DNA of 63,777 bases, filler included, from an uncultured Methanosarcinales archaeon (GTDB lineage Archaea > Nanobdellota > Nanobdellia > Woesearchaeales > CAZKBD01): NCBI GenBank assembly GCA_964550945.1. It is 3 parts of 3 records of this genome, joined end to end, with 100 filler letters (N's around TTAATTAATTAA, not from the genome) between each part and the next. Parts side by side here need not be neighbours in the genome. Positions count along the whole stretch, not along the records: positions 1 to 28,270 come from CAZKBD010000014.1; positions 28,371 to 56,026 come from CAZKBD010000015.1; 1 more part is not named here. One strand, written 5' to 3'. Shown in pieces: positions 18,675 through 28,375 of the stretch. Position 1 is the stretch's first letter; each line of letters begins with the position of its first letter. The notes beneath the pieces were generated by a model that worked only from the letters and a program-made list of their open reading frames with translations, searched no databases and was not told the DNA's origin. Both the position numbers and the translations under genes were made by a program.

Positions 18675-19289
18675 TTATATGCTTCTGTATTGAGGATTAT
18701 CCCGCAGCATCTCAGCAACATAGTCAAATCGCCAAGCTATTTTTTTATGAATATCTTCTGGAATGCCCATATTTGGAAAATTAACTAATGTCTGAACATT
18801 TGTTAGGTCTGGAGGTGCTGCTTCCTGCATTCTTCTAACAACATCGCTAATAACTTCAGAATGCTTAGGATATTTTGTTGTTAGCTCTTGTGTGATTGTG
18901 CCATAACTTCCAGGGTCCCCATTATAGCTGCGGCTCTCGCGGGCTGCGCAAGCCATATCAACAATTGCTACCTCTAACATACGCTCTTCATAAAACTTAG
19001 GATTCACCAATACCTTATGATGTGCTTGCCCTAAACGGTGAAGCTGTACAGCACTGCCAACATTCTCTTGAGCCCTTCCGTCTAACGCCAATGCCTTAAG
19101 TATTAACGGCTCCAGTTTATTACCATCTCCAGTAATATCATGGGGTGTTTGAGCGTCAACTCCTGAAATACCTAATTGAGCAAGAAAATATTCTACATGC
19201 TCTACATGGCGCTGAGTAGCTAAAAGAAAATGAGACATCTCATCTGCAGTCGGGTTAAAATTGCCCATAAATACATAGGGGTTTCTCAT
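18675..19289 (-). CDS. Hypothetical protein, possible HD superfamily (DUF5662-like)
   Basis: H..V, HD, H and HH spacing followed by D. Confidence 0.5.
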   Translation of the reverse strand: MRNPYVFMGNFNPTADEMSHFLLATQRHVEHVEYFLAQLGISGVDAQTPHDITGDGNKLEPLILKALALDGRAQENVGSAVQLHRLGQAHHKVLVNPKFYEERMLEVAIVDMACAARESRSYNGDPGSYGTITQELTTKYPKHSEVISDVVRRMQEAAPPDLTNVQTLVNFPNMGIPEDIHKKIAWRFDYVAEMLRDNPQYRSI

Positions 19290-19349
19290 TCTTTATTGGG
19301 AATTTTATATAATTTATAAGTTTTTCCCTTTTTCGGAAGATTTATATAC

Positions 19350-19369
19350 AAGTTAGGCGCACCTAACTT
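19350..19369 (+). promoter_or_regulatory. Candidate DtxR/MntR operator
   Basis: AAGTTAGG-CGCA-CCTAACTT between TATA box and ATG; TTAGG/CCTAA arms as in DtxR boxes. Confidence 0.7.
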
Positions 19370-19370
19370 C

Positions 19371-20003
19371 ATGAGCATCAGCAAAGAAGATTACCTTGGA
19401 GAGATATACCGGCTGCAATTCTCTAATAACAGGGCAGCTAAGCTGACTGAGATTGCAAAGGCCATGAAGATTTCAAAGCCAAGCGCATCACAGATGATAC
19501 GAAAGCTGGCAAAAGAAAAACTTGTTGTGTTTGAGAGGTATAGCGGAATAACACTCACTAAGAATGGGATTGAAGAGGCGCGGGCAATAATCAGAAGACA
19601 CCAGCTTCTTGAAGTATTCTTTAATGATGTCCTGAAGATAAAGGGAAAGTTCCACTCTGAAGCGCATAAGGTAGAGCATAGCTTATCAGATGAGGTTGTA
19701 GATAAGCTTGATAAAATGCTAAAGAGGCCAATTATCTGCCCTGATGGCAACCCTATCCCCCTTAAAAATAATAAGGTAGTTGAATTGAGCGAATTGCCGG
19801 AAAAGAGCGATGCAGAAGTGCTGTTCTCAACTACTAAAGACAAGAGCTGCATTGACCTTTTGAATTCGCTTGGGCTAGTTCCCCAAGCAAGGATTAGGAT
19901 ATTAAGAAAGCTAGGCAATGGCCCTTTAATAATCCTAGTAAAAGATAGTGAAGTTGCATTGGGCCCAGACATATGCTCAAAGATATTTGTGGAGAAAAAA
20001 TGA
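19371..20003 (+). CDS. DtxR/MntR-family regulator with C-terminal FeoA domain
   Basis: EDYL, RRHQLLEVF, EAHKVEH, CPDGNPIP, FeoA-like tail. Confidence 0.92.
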   Translation: MSISKEDYLGEIYRLQFSNNRAAKLTEIAKAMKISKPSASQMIRKLAKEKLVVFERYSGITLTKNGIEEARAIIRRHQLLEVFFNDVLKIKGKFHSEAHKVEHSLSDEVVDKLDKMLKRPIICPDGNPIPLKNNKVVELSELPEKSDAEVLFSTTKDKSCIDLLNSLGLVPQARIRILRKLGNGPLIILVKDSEVALGPDICSKIFVEKK

Positions 20004-21994
20004 GGATCAATTGCCATCCTTCCTATACCCAACGAGGGCATATCCATAAATTTGGGAGAAAAGAGCTTGGAGCGGATATTGCATTAGTAGGAAATCCCAA
20101 TACAGGCAAGAGCTGTTTGTTCACCCATTTAACTGGAATAACCACTATAGTATCAAATTATGCAGGAACAACTGTTGATGTATTAGAAGGCAAATGCAAC
20201 CTTAATGGAAAAGTATTTAGTGTAGTGGACTTGCCTGGAACATACCTTCTTGGCTCTGCAACTGATGATCAGAAGGTTGCTACTGATTATATTATTGAGA
20301 AAAAACCTAAGGTAATCATCAATGTTGTTGATTCAAACCTGCTTGAGCGAAACCTTTACTTGACGTTACAGCTTCTAGAGCTTAAGTTGCCTCTTATTGT
20401 CGCATTAAACTTTTATGAGGAGCTAGAAGATAAAGGGAAGTCCATTGATCATAAGAAGCTCTCATCACTTCTTGGAGTTCCTGTTCTACCTATAGATGCT
20501 CTACGGGGAGCAGGCATAAAAAAATTGATAGATAAGACAGCAACCCTTATTGACAGTAGGCAACAATCTAATTTTTTTGAGGTTATATATGATGATCATA
20601 TTGAGAGGGCAATAAAAAGGATAGCACCCTTAGTTGGAAGAGGAGATATCTCAAAGAGGGCAATATCAATCAGCTTGTTAGAGGGGAATAGTGAACGATG
20701 GGAGGAGTTAAAACAAGAAGACCCTAAAAAGATCCATAAACTAAAGAAGATTATATCCTCCTTGAGTAAGGAGCATTCCTTAAGCACTGAAATATCACGA
20801 GAGCGGCATGGCCAGGCTGCTTTGATTGCCAACAAAGTAACTAAACAGGAAATTACAAAGAAACGGTTTAAAGACGCCTTAGACAGATTTACGACAGAAC
20901 CGGTAACTGGAGTGTTCTCAATGATTGTTGTATTAGCAGCCCTATTCTCTTCTTTATTTTATCTAGGGAATTATCTAAGCACACTTTTCGGAACTCTTTT
21001 CAACAGATTTATTGCAGCTCCGCTGATTCCTGCGATAGAACATGTTCCAGGAGAGTTAGCAAGGGCGATTTTAAAATGGTCTTTAGACGGGATTAACGCA
21101 GGATTACAGATTGCATTGCCATATATTGCAGTGTTCTACATAATGCTTGCACTGCTCGAAGATACAGGCTATTTACCTAGGATGGCATATATATTAGACA
21201 GGGTGATGCATAAGCTGCATTTGCATGGCAAAGCAATAGTTCCAATGATGCTTGGCTTTGGCTGCTCTGTGCCTGCAGTATTAGCAACAAGAATATTGCC
21301 TAACAAAAAAGAAAGGATACTCACTTCAATATTAATCTGCTTCATTCCATGTTCAGCAAGAACAGCAGTCATCCTTGGCTCTGTAGGAAAGTTTATTGGG
21401 CCTTTGTATGCTCTAGCGATATATGCGATTGTTCTTTTGCTGATATTTTTGGTTGGGCACATCCTTGGCAGAATGCTGCCTGGAGAATCTGAAGGATTGA
21501 TAATGGAGATGCCTGAGTACAGGAGGCCATATCTGAAAAATGTGCTCATAAAGACGTGGCTGCGAGTTAAGGATTTTATTGTGATTGCCTTTCCTTTGAT
21601 TATAATTGGAAGTGTTATCTTAGGCATAATGAAATTTTATGGGCTCTTGGAAATAATAACCAAGCCTTTTGAGCCTGTCATAGGAAAATGGCTGATGCTG
21701 CCAGCAGTAGCTGGAATCACGCTTATCTATGGAATATTGAGAAAAGAGTTGGCGCTTGAATTATTATTTGTTTTAGGCGGCAGTTCTTTGCTCCTGAATT
21801 TTATGAGCCCTCTGCAGATATTCATTTTTGCGCTAGTGGTTACACTATACTTTCCATGCTTAGGAACCTTTGCTGTTCTAAAGCATGAGTTCGGCTGGAA
21901 AAGCAGCCTGTTGATATCCTTCTTCACAATTGTACTTGCAGTTGTTGTCGGCGGAGTTGTTGGAAGGATATTCCTTTTCTTTAATATTCTTTGA
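20000..21994 (+). CDS. feoB: Ferrous iron transporter B
   Basis: GNPNTGKS, DLPG, EDTGYLPR, GFGCSVPA, PCSAR; ATGA coupling at 20000. Confidence 0.95.
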   Translation: MRINCHPSYTQRGHIHKFGRKELGADIALVGNPNTGKSCLFTHLTGITTIVSNYAGTTVDVLEGKCNLNGKVFSVVDLPGTYLLGSATDDQKVATDYIIEKKPKVIINVVDSNLLERNLYLTLQLLELKLPLIVALNFYEELEDKGKSIDHKKLSSLLGVPVLPIDALRGAGIKKLIDKTATLIDSRQQSNFFEVIYDDHIERAIKRIAPLVGRGDISKRAISISLLEGNSERWEELKQEDPKKIHKLKKIISSLSKEHSLSTEISRERHGQAALIANKVTKQEITKKRFKDALDRFTTEPVTGVFSMIVVLAALFSSLFYLGNYLSTLFGTLFNRFIAAPLIPAIEHVPGELARAILKWSLDGINAGLQIALPYIAVFYIMLALLEDTGYLPRMAYILDRVMHKLHLHGKAIVPMMLGFGCSVPAVLATRILPNKKERILTSILICFIPCSARTAVILGSVGKFIGPLYALAIYAIVLLLIFLVGHILGRMLPGESEGLIMEMPEYRRPYLKNVLIKTWLRVKDFIVIAFPLIIIGSVILGIMKFYGLLEIITKPFEPVIGKWLMLPAVAGITLIYGILRKELALELLFVLGGSSLLLNFMSPLQIFIFALVVTLYFPCLGTFAVLKHEFGWKSSLLISFFTIVLAVVVGGVVGRIFLFFNIL

Positions 21995-22025
21995 ATGATA
22001 TGCAGCATAAAAATCTTTCACTTTA

Positions 22026-22571
22026 TTAGAAAAAGCTTGCTATTCCTATGATTATGAACAGGACTCCACTTATGGTGTGGACTACCTTTGGCTTTATCCT
22101 GCTGGATATAAATTTTCCTGAGTAGATTGCAATGACTGATAATAAAGCCATTGCTCCTACAACGCCAATAAGGACTAATGTAGGATTATATTTTGTGGCA
22201 AACAATGCAGCTGCTAACTGGGTCTTATCCCCAAATTCAGAAACAAGTATTAGGCTGAAGCCAGATAAAAATGGCTGTTTTAAGTCGCATTTTTTCTCTT
22301 CTTCCTTGCTTTTTAGCAGAATTACCAGCCCTACAATTATGAAAATTATTCCTGCTCCTGCCTTTATATAACTAATAGGGATAATATTTGTTATGAAGTC
22401 CCCTAATAAAATTGCTATACCATCTGCAACAATAAACGCTAAAATAGCCCCTAAAAGCAATTGCAAATGCTTCTTTGTTTTTGCAGCTAAGCATAAAATT
22501 GCCAACTGAGTCTTATCGCCAAGTTCAGCTAGGCCGATGGTGAGAAACGGTATTATTAATTCCTGCAGCAT
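22026..22571 (-). CDS. TMEM165/GDT1 (UPF0016) cation transporter
   Basis: Two E-x-GDKTQL motifs. Confidence 0.93.
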   Translation of the reverse strand: MLQELIIPFLTIGLAELGDKTQLAILCLAAKTKKHLQLLLGAILAFIVADGIAILLGDFITNIIPISYIKAGAGIIFIIVGLVILLKSKEEEKKCDLKQPFLSGFSLILVSEFGDKTQLAAALFATKYNPTLVLIGVVGAMALLSVIAIYSGKFISSRIKPKVVHTISGVLFIIIGIASFF

Positions 22572-22572
22572 T

Positions 22573-22995
22573 TTACCTCATAAAATGATAAGCATAAAAC
22601 CAAAATATGTTGACTAAGACTATGAATAAACCGGCGAAAAAAATATTTGTTGGCGCCTCTAAATAAGGCGTGTACTCAGTTATATAGGGCAGAGTCAGGT
22701 AACCCAGCTTTGATATGAAGACTAATGATATAAAAATCTCAATAGCATTGCTTATTAATGCAAGGATTGTAAAAAAGAAATCGTGCATCATTGTCTTTAG
22801 CTCATGAACAATATCTAATAAGGCTAATATGATGAACAATCCTAAGGTTATTGGCAATAACACCTTAATGTTAGGGATAGTGAAGAACAGATTTGAGTAA
22901 GCAATCATAAACACGCCAAGAACTATTCCTATTAGGATATCTTCATAGCCTATCAGCTTTAATGAACTTCTGTGGTTTGCAGTTCTCCTAAACAT
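22573..22995 (-). CDS. Membrane protein, about 4 TM
   Basis: Hydrophobic segments; operonic spacing. Confidence 0.65.
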   Translation of the reverse strand: MFRRTANHRSSLKLIGYEDILIGIVLGVFMIAYSNLFFTIPNIKVLLPITLGLFIILALLDIVHELKTMMHDFFFTILALISNAIEIFISLVFISKLGYLTLPYITEYTPYLEAPTNIFFAGLFIVLVNIFWFYAYHFMR

Positions 22996-23036
22996 TTAGG
23001 TATAATCCTGAATGCGGCTTTAAATAATTTGCTGTT

Positions 23037-24110
23037 TTAGTAAGAATTTAGCCTGTTTATTGCGTAAATTTTTTCTTTGTCTCCTAATCTTGATTGGTTT
23101 AAAGCGTCTTTTAGTATATTTACTGATTCATCATAGACTTTTTTGTTAACCGGATAAGGTATGCCATCTTTACCGCCGTGGGCAAATGAGTATTTAACAG
23201 GGTCTTTCCAGGAAGCTGGCTTTCCATAAACTAAGTCGGATATTAAAGCTAAGCTTCTTATTGTTTTTGGGCCAATTCCTTTTATTGCGACTAGCTCTTC
23301 GTAAGTTCTTGGCTGGATTTCGTATGCTTTTTGCAGTGTTTCAATGTTCTTCTTGTTCATATCAATTATATCATGCCTTGGAGACATTGTGAAGGATTCA
23401 AAGTTGGTTAATGTTTTTTGAGGTTGTTTTATGTATTTTTCAAGATGTTTTGGATTGTCTCTGATTAAATCCAAACTTATCTCTCTTGATTCTTCGCTTT
23501 CTTTAGCAGTCATGTCTAGCACATCTTTTTCTTTTTTTTCTGCACAGATAGGGTGTTCTGTTATGAAGCTGTCTACATTAGCTGAAAGCCAATGATATCT
23601 TCTTGCGTATTTATCAAACATCCCTTGCTGCACAACAGCCCAGTTTCCTTTTTCATTCAAAATAAAACAATGATGGTAAAGCTGGTAATTGTCTTGGATT
23701 AAAGTATTATCAACTTTTGCAGACATTTTTGATGAATAAACTAGCTGATTTATTTTTTGTGTGGATAATGAGAAAGATTCTCCAATATCCTCTATCTGCT
23801 CTGGAGCTTTTCTTGATGCTCTTCCTTTGCCTCCTGCTATTTTTATTCCAATGTTTAGTTTGTTTAAGGATTCTTTCAAAGCGCCGCATGTTGTTGTAGT
23901 TGTTCCGCTTGAATGCCAGTCGAATCCTATGACGCAGCTTAATGATTGGAAGAAATAAGGGTCGCTTAGCCTTCTGATCAGCTCATCAGTGCCAAATTCA
24001 CTGATAATGATATCGGAAATTGCTCCGCTTAGATTGACCATTCTCTTGAACAGCCAAGGTGGCGCTGAGCCAGGATGTAAAGGGAGGTTGACTAGGCCTG
24101 TTTTTATCAT
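23037..24110 (-). CDS. DUF763-family protein
   Basis: LPLHPGSAPPWLF, DWHSSGTTT, SFAHGGKDGIPYPV. Confidence 0.92.
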   Translation of the reverse strand: MIKTGLVNLPLHPGSAPPWLFKRMVNLSGAISDIIISEFGTDELIRRLSDPYFFQSLSCVIGFDWHSSGTTTTTCGALKESLNKLNIGIKIAGGKGRASRKAPEQIEDIGESFSLSTQKINQLVYSSKMSAKVDNTLIQDNYQLYHHCFILNEKGNWAVVQQGMFDKYARRYHWLSANVDSFITEHPICAEKKEKDVLDMTAKESEESREISLDLIRDNPKHLEKYIKQPQKTLTNFESFTMSPRHDIIDMNKKNIETLQKAYEIQPRTYEELVAIKGIGPKTIRSLALISDLVYGKPASWKDPVKYSFAHGGKDGIPYPVNKKVYDESVNILKDALNQSRLGDKEKIYAINRLNSY

Positions 24111-24114
24111 ATTG

Positions 24115-24212
24115 TGCGGCAGGGACGGGATTTCCTGTATTGATTTGAACGTGTGACGTTCGGGTGAACATCAACTTGGTTTTCAACCAGGTGCTTTTGG
24201 CCATTGGCCACC
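24115..24212 (-). pseudogene. Degenerate tRNA-like sequence with long variable arm
   Basis: D-arm-like GGTGGCCAATGGCCAAAAGCA, CCTGG-TTGAAAA-CCAAG arm, TGATGTTC/GAACGTCA hairpin, GTTCAAATC, 3' CCCGTCCCTGCCG; 5' acceptor strand mostly absent. Confidence 0.45.
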
Positions 24213-24299
24213 TTTTTTCTTTATTATGAGAAAGAGCTTATTTAAATAGCTTATCCGTGCATGTCCAGTGTCCAATGGGTGGATTATCTTAAATTAAAC

Positions 24300-24341
24300 T
24301 AGGTGGCTACATTTTACTTATTCTTGCTTTTTGTGGTCACC
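24300..24341. repeat. 42-bp two-armed site at 3' end of Fic gene
   Basis: TAGGTGGCTACATTT-N14-TTTTGTGGTCACC; 28/42 identical to 25251-25292. Confidence 0.7.
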
Positions 24342-25240
24342 CTCTTTAGGGTTTTCTTGTACTGCTTAATCAGATACTTTACTGTTAGCTTAAGATTTTG
24401 GTTTTTTTGGTATTCCTGCAAGGAAGCATAATACTCTGCTCTGTCTTCCAAAGAGATATTTATTGGCGGATAATTGTTCTTTAGCAGCATATAATTTAGC
24501 AATAATCTGCCTACTCTGCCGTTTCCATCCTGAAATGGGTGTATGTACTCAAATTGGTTGTGAATAATTGCTGCCAAGACCAGCGGCTTGAATTTAGTTT
24601 TGTTTTCCTCATACCAAGAGATTAAATTGGCCAAGGCAGGTTGAAGCTGTGAGGAATGAACACCTCTATGCAGAATCTCCCCTTTTGAATTTCTTATTAC
24701 AATTTCAACGGTTCTTATTTTCCCGGCAAACTCTTTAGAGCCATCAAAGCAAAGCTTATGCAGTTTTTTTATTAAATCAACAGATAAGTCTTCTGTTGTG
24801 CTCTTGAGAAAATGGACTGCTTTTGCAACGCCCTTTGTTTCTATCTCTTCTGGGTCTGAAGTTTTATGCTTTTTTAGGATTTCTGGGACTTCATCTCTCT
24901 GTATGGTAGATCCTTCGATGGCATTGGTGTTGTAAGTAAACTCTTCAGTAAACTTTTTCCATTCTTCATCGCTCAGATGGGCAATCTTTATCTGGTTGTT
25001 GTATCTGTTTAATCTTATTATTTGATTTTTTGTCAGCGTGAAAAGAAAAACTTCTGTGGTTATCTCCTCTAACAGCTTTTTTAGGTGCTGTTTTGCTTTT
25101 TCTTCCGCCTGTTCGAGCTTCGCTTTAGTTAAGTTCTGGCCAAGATATTTTCGTATCTTGCGCACTTTATTTTTTTCTCTGTAAGAGTGTACAAGATAAT
25201 ATTTTACATTCTTTCCAGCTTTTCTTTTTTCCAGATACAT
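24314..25240 (-). CDS. Fic-family protein with basic N-terminal domain
   Basis: HPFQDGNGRVGR and TNAIEG motifs. Confidence 0.93.
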   Translation of the reverse strand: MYLEKRKAGKNVKYYLVHSYREKNKVRKIRKYLGQNLTKAKLEQAEEKAKQHLKKLLEEITTEVFLFTLTKNQIIRLNRYNNQIKIAHLSDEEWKKFTEEFTYNTNAIEGSTIQRDEVPEILKKHKTSDPEEIETKGVAKAVHFLKSTTEDLSVDLIKKLHKLCFDGSKEFAGKIRTVEIVIRNSKGEILHRGVHSSQLQPALANLISWYEENKTKFKPLVLAAIIHNQFEYIHPFQDGNGRVGRLLLNYMLLKNNYPPINISLEDRAEYYASLQEYQKNQNLKLTVKYLIKQYKKTLKRVTTKSKNK

Positions 25241-25250
25241 ATAACCCTAG

Positions 25251-25292
25251 TAGGTGCCCACATTTATAAATCTTTCTTATTTTGTGGTCACC
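25251..25292. repeat. 42-bp two-armed site enclosing the Fic TATA box
   Basis: TAGGTGCCCACATTT-N14-TTTTGTGGTCACC, containing TTTATAAA. Confidence 0.7.
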
Positions 25293-25384
25293 TAATGGCA
25301 TGATTGATTAGCTACTGGCAAATTTGATAATATTTTATAGGTGGGGCTCGTTTAATAATAAAACCAGTAATTAGAATACTACGC

Positions 25385-27199
25385 TTATCCATACATACTT
25401 CCAGTACATTGATACTTTATAACATCCTCTGTTGATCCTGAAAAACTGCCCTGTTTTTCTTCTTCAAGTTTAGTTACTAACTCTGCAATGGGGTATTTAC
25501 AGGTGCTATCTTTACCTATCATATCTTGAGTCTGTTGGTTCTGTTGAGCAAGTTGTTGGTTAATTTGTTCTTCTGTCATTCCACTATCCAACATTCGTTG
25601 TCGTGTTTCTGGTGGATAATCAATAGAGTAATCATCTATACGTTGGTAGACAACACATCTTTCAGCCTGTAAACTTTTTATTTCTCTGTAAGATTTAGAA
25701 TCAATAATCACACCAAATAAATTTAACTTAGTTTCTGTAACAATCTTTGCAGGGCAACAATCTTTTGCGGCATTTATGAAACAGTCATTAGCTAACTCGC
25801 TAGTCCCACAGTTGATAATTTGACTTCCACATTTACTGGTACAATCATTATCATTATTTGCATCGCAACCTGTTGGACAATATAAATCATTATTTATACA
25901 ATCTGCAATTTTTGCATGTGAACATTTAAAATTGCTACAATTATCTTTTGTCGAAACATCATTATCACTGCAATCTACATTTGTATCACATTCCCAAGCT
26001 ACACAACTGTTATTTTTACATTTATAACCTGATTTGCATTGGGTGTCCATAAAGCAGTCCATACACTTCTCACTTGATTGTTCACAGATTTGAGTTCCGT
26101 CTTTACAATCAGCACATATTTTTTTACAATCTTTACTTCCTCTACATTCAGAAGGGTTCACTCCACCCTGAACTTTGATTGTTTTTGTTACAGTTTTGAG
26201 AGGGTTTACGTTTGTTAGTTCTTCTCCTTCTATTTTAGAACAATCTTTATTTAATTTAAACGTAACACTTTCACAATCATACACAGATATTGTATAATAA
26301 TAATCTCCTTCATTATAAAAATAATCAGTACTTCCAGAATAACCATACTCATCTAGTCTAAATGCTTTAAAAGCAATTTTCATCATATTTATATTATTTG
26401 ACGAAATACTGCCTCTCACTGTTGCATAGTATTTCGTATCAACACCCCCTTTTGAATAGATGTATAACGCCACACCATTAAATGGTTTACCTGAATAATC
26501 AATTTTGAACTCTCCAGAAACTGGTTCGGCCATTTGATATGTTGTTTTAGAACTGATTATTTCTAAGGTTAATTTACTGGATTTTTCTAAACTTTTAATT
26601 TCAAAGATTGATTTTCCATCGGTAATTCTTACAAGTTTTATGTATAAGTCATTAAGCCCATCGTTATTAACATCAATTTCTTTAGATTGTCCAACATCTA
26701 AGGTAAGCTTCTTTGGTTCTGAATAAACATTAATAGTTGCTGAATTGGCTGTTACTTCTTCAACTTCAATCAAGTGATCTTCGTCAATCATTTTAAAAGA
26801 AACGGTTTCTTTTTGGTTTATTGTGATTTCTTGTTCTATATCACTCAATGGGGTTTCTTGTGCATTGAGGCACTTTGATATTCTTTCAGAAGGATTTATA
26901 CAAATATCTAGTGTATTAACATTATTATCGTCACATTTTAAATCATTACTACAAATAGGTCTTGTTAAGAAATAAAAGGATGCAACAATAAGGGTAATAA
27001 CAACAATAGCAGATACTCCGATCCAAATAAATTTTTTACTAGGCAAACTTGAAGTTTGTGGTTTATTAACAAAGTCTATTGCTTCTTTTACTTCATTAGG
27101 ATTGTAGCCCTGCTGTATTAAATAGTTGTATAACTGTTGAGAAGAATAGCCCTGCGTTTCTTGACTCCTGACATAATCGACTAGTTGTTTATTCACCAT
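25385..27199 (-). CDS. Single-TM protein with large Cys-rich extracellular region
   Basis: N-terminal helical module, one TM, repeated CxxxxxCxDxxxxTxDxC units. Confidence 0.8.
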   Translation of the reverse strand: MVNKQLVDYVRSQETQGYSSQQLYNYLIQQGYNPNEVKEAIDFVNKPQTSSLPSKKFIWIGVSAIVVITLIVASFYFLTRPICSNDLKCDDNNVNTLDICINPSERISKCLNAQETPLSDIEQEITINQKETVSFKMIDEDHLIEVEEVTANSATINVYSEPKKLTLDVGQSKEIDVNNDGLNDLYIKLVRITDGKSIFEIKSLEKSSKLTLEIISSKTTYQMAEPVSGEFKIDYSGKPFNGVALYIYSKGGVDTKYYATVRGSISSNNINMMKIAFKAFRLDEYGYSGSTDYFYNEGDYYYTISVYDCESVTFKLNKDCSKIEGEELTNVNPLKTVTKTIKVQGGVNPSECRGSKDCKKICADCKDGTQICEQSSEKCMDCFMDTQCKSGYKCKNNSCVAWECDTNVDCSDNDVSTKDNCSNFKCSHAKIADCINNDLYCPTGCDANNDNDCTSKCGSQIINCGTSELANDCFINAAKDCCPAKIVTETKLNLFGVIIDSKSYREIKSLQAERCVVYQRIDDYSIDYPPETRQRMLDSGMTEEQINQQLAQQNQQTQDMIGKDSTCKYPIAELVTKLEEEKQGSFSGSTEDVIKYQCTGSMYG

Positions 27200-27309
27200 C
27201 TTTTATATTTTAATAAGCGTGCTTGTATATAAACATTTTTATCCACCCGAGCTCCCAACTTGTTCGTTAAAGTGAAAATTTAATTAAATACCCCCAATCT
27301 CAACCAAAA

Positions 27310-28008
27310 CTAAATCCCTTTCAAATCCTCTAACTTGACTTTGCCTGTATAAAGCACCATCCCTAGTGCAGAATTCACACCAATACTTTCCAGTTCTTTA
27401 ATCTGCTCAATTGAATTAATGCCGCCAGCAGCAGTTAGCTGGTTCTTGGTTAGTTTTTTCAACCTTTTAATCAATGGAATGTCAATTCCCTGCAAAGTGC
27501 CTTCTTTGTCAACATAAGTATAGAGGAATTCAGAGCAATAGGGCTCTAATGTTTTTATTGCGTCTTCTGTCTTGATCTCTGTGTCGTTGGTCCAGCCTTT
27601 AGTCACTATATTGCCATTTAAGGAGTCTATTGATATTATTATCTTATCTTTTTTTATTTTTTTGTTCAATTCTTTTAAAAAATTGACGCTTATCTTATTG
27701 TCCTTGAACACTGCGCTGCCTAAAATCACTTTTTTTGCTCCTGCTTTTATCATCTGCTCAGCTTTTTCAACTGTCCTTATTCCGCCGCCAACCCGGCATC
27801 TAGCCATTTTACATATAGAGATTATTAGATCAAGATTATCTCCGTTATCCATTGCAGCGTCCAGGTCAATAACCTGCAATTCGCCAAATTCTGAGAAATC
27901 TTTTACCAGGCCAAACACATCAGCTATCTCAATCTCTAAGTTTTCTCTTTTTCCCTGGACAAGCTGGACAACCTGACCATCCATCAGGTCTACACAAGGG
28001 AAGATCAT
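27310..28008 (-). CDS. hisA: ProFAR isomerase (HisA/HisF barrel)
   Basis: IFPCVDLMDGQVVQLVQG, IDLDAA, VGGGIR, AAGGI. Confidence 0.85.
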   Translation of the reverse strand: MIFPCVDLMDGQVVQLVQGKRENLEIEIADVFGLVKDFSEFGELQVIDLDAAMDNGDNLDLIISICKMARCRVGGGIRTVEKAEQMIKAGAKKVILGSAVFKDNKISVNFLKELNKKIKKDKIIISIDSLNGNIVTKGWTNDTEIKTEDAIKTLEPYCSEFLYTYVDKEGTLQGIDIPLIKRLKKLTKNQLTAAGGINSIEQIKELESIGVNSALGMVLYTGKVKLEDLKGI

Positions 28009-28157
28009 CTCTTTTCTTCTCCGCTTATGGTGAATGATTTAGCATTGGAAAATTCCTTTTCAGCGCTAATTGTGAAAGAGCTGGGCCTAGTTCGAATTGC
28101 CTCTCCATTTATCCCTGTTGATGAAGGGGGTATAAAATACCTGTCATTGAACCACAT
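28005..28157 (-). CDS. Possible 50-aa ORF coupled to hisA
   Basis: MWFNDRYF..SFTISAEKE..SFTISGEEKR*; ATGA overlap with hisA start. Confidence 0.35.
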   Translation of the reverse strand: MWFNDRYFIPPSSTGINGEAIRTRPSSFTISAEKEFSNAKSFTISGEEKR

Positions 28158-28270
28158 TTTGTTGAATAAAATTCCTTCAGATTAATAAATTTATGCCTTT
28201 AGTAGGCTAAACATGAAACCTCTTTTTAAAAAATTTTAACAACAAAAATGGCAGGCGACGGTCATTTTGC

Positions 28271-28370
28271 NNNNNNNNNNNNNNNNNNNNNNNNNNNNNN
28301 NNNNNNNNNNNNNNTTAATTAATTAANNNNNNNNNNNNNNNNNNNNNNNNNNNNNNNNNNNNNNNNNNNN
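28271..28370. other. Artificial contig-join spacer
   Basis: N run with central TTAATTAATTAA (stops in all frames). Confidence 0.97.
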
Positions 28371-28375
28371 TGTGA

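Noticed and set aside
19391..20047. 218-aa antisense ORF over the DtxR gene, and many similar shadow ORFs
   Set aside because: They overlap well-supported genes on the other strand and show no motifs
24115..24212. Functional tRNA-Phe, -Ser or -Sec
   Set aside because: Acceptor and T stems cannot form and there is no UCA anticodon; kept only as a relic
25335..27265. Possible inverted ends or attC-like sites around the 604-aa gene
   Set aside because: Only a short gapped match (GGTGGGGCTCG versus CGAGCTCCCAAC); too weak
28271..28370. TTAATTAATTAA palindrome within Ns (also 56027-56126)
   Set aside because: Artificial contig linker; adjacency across it has no biological meaning
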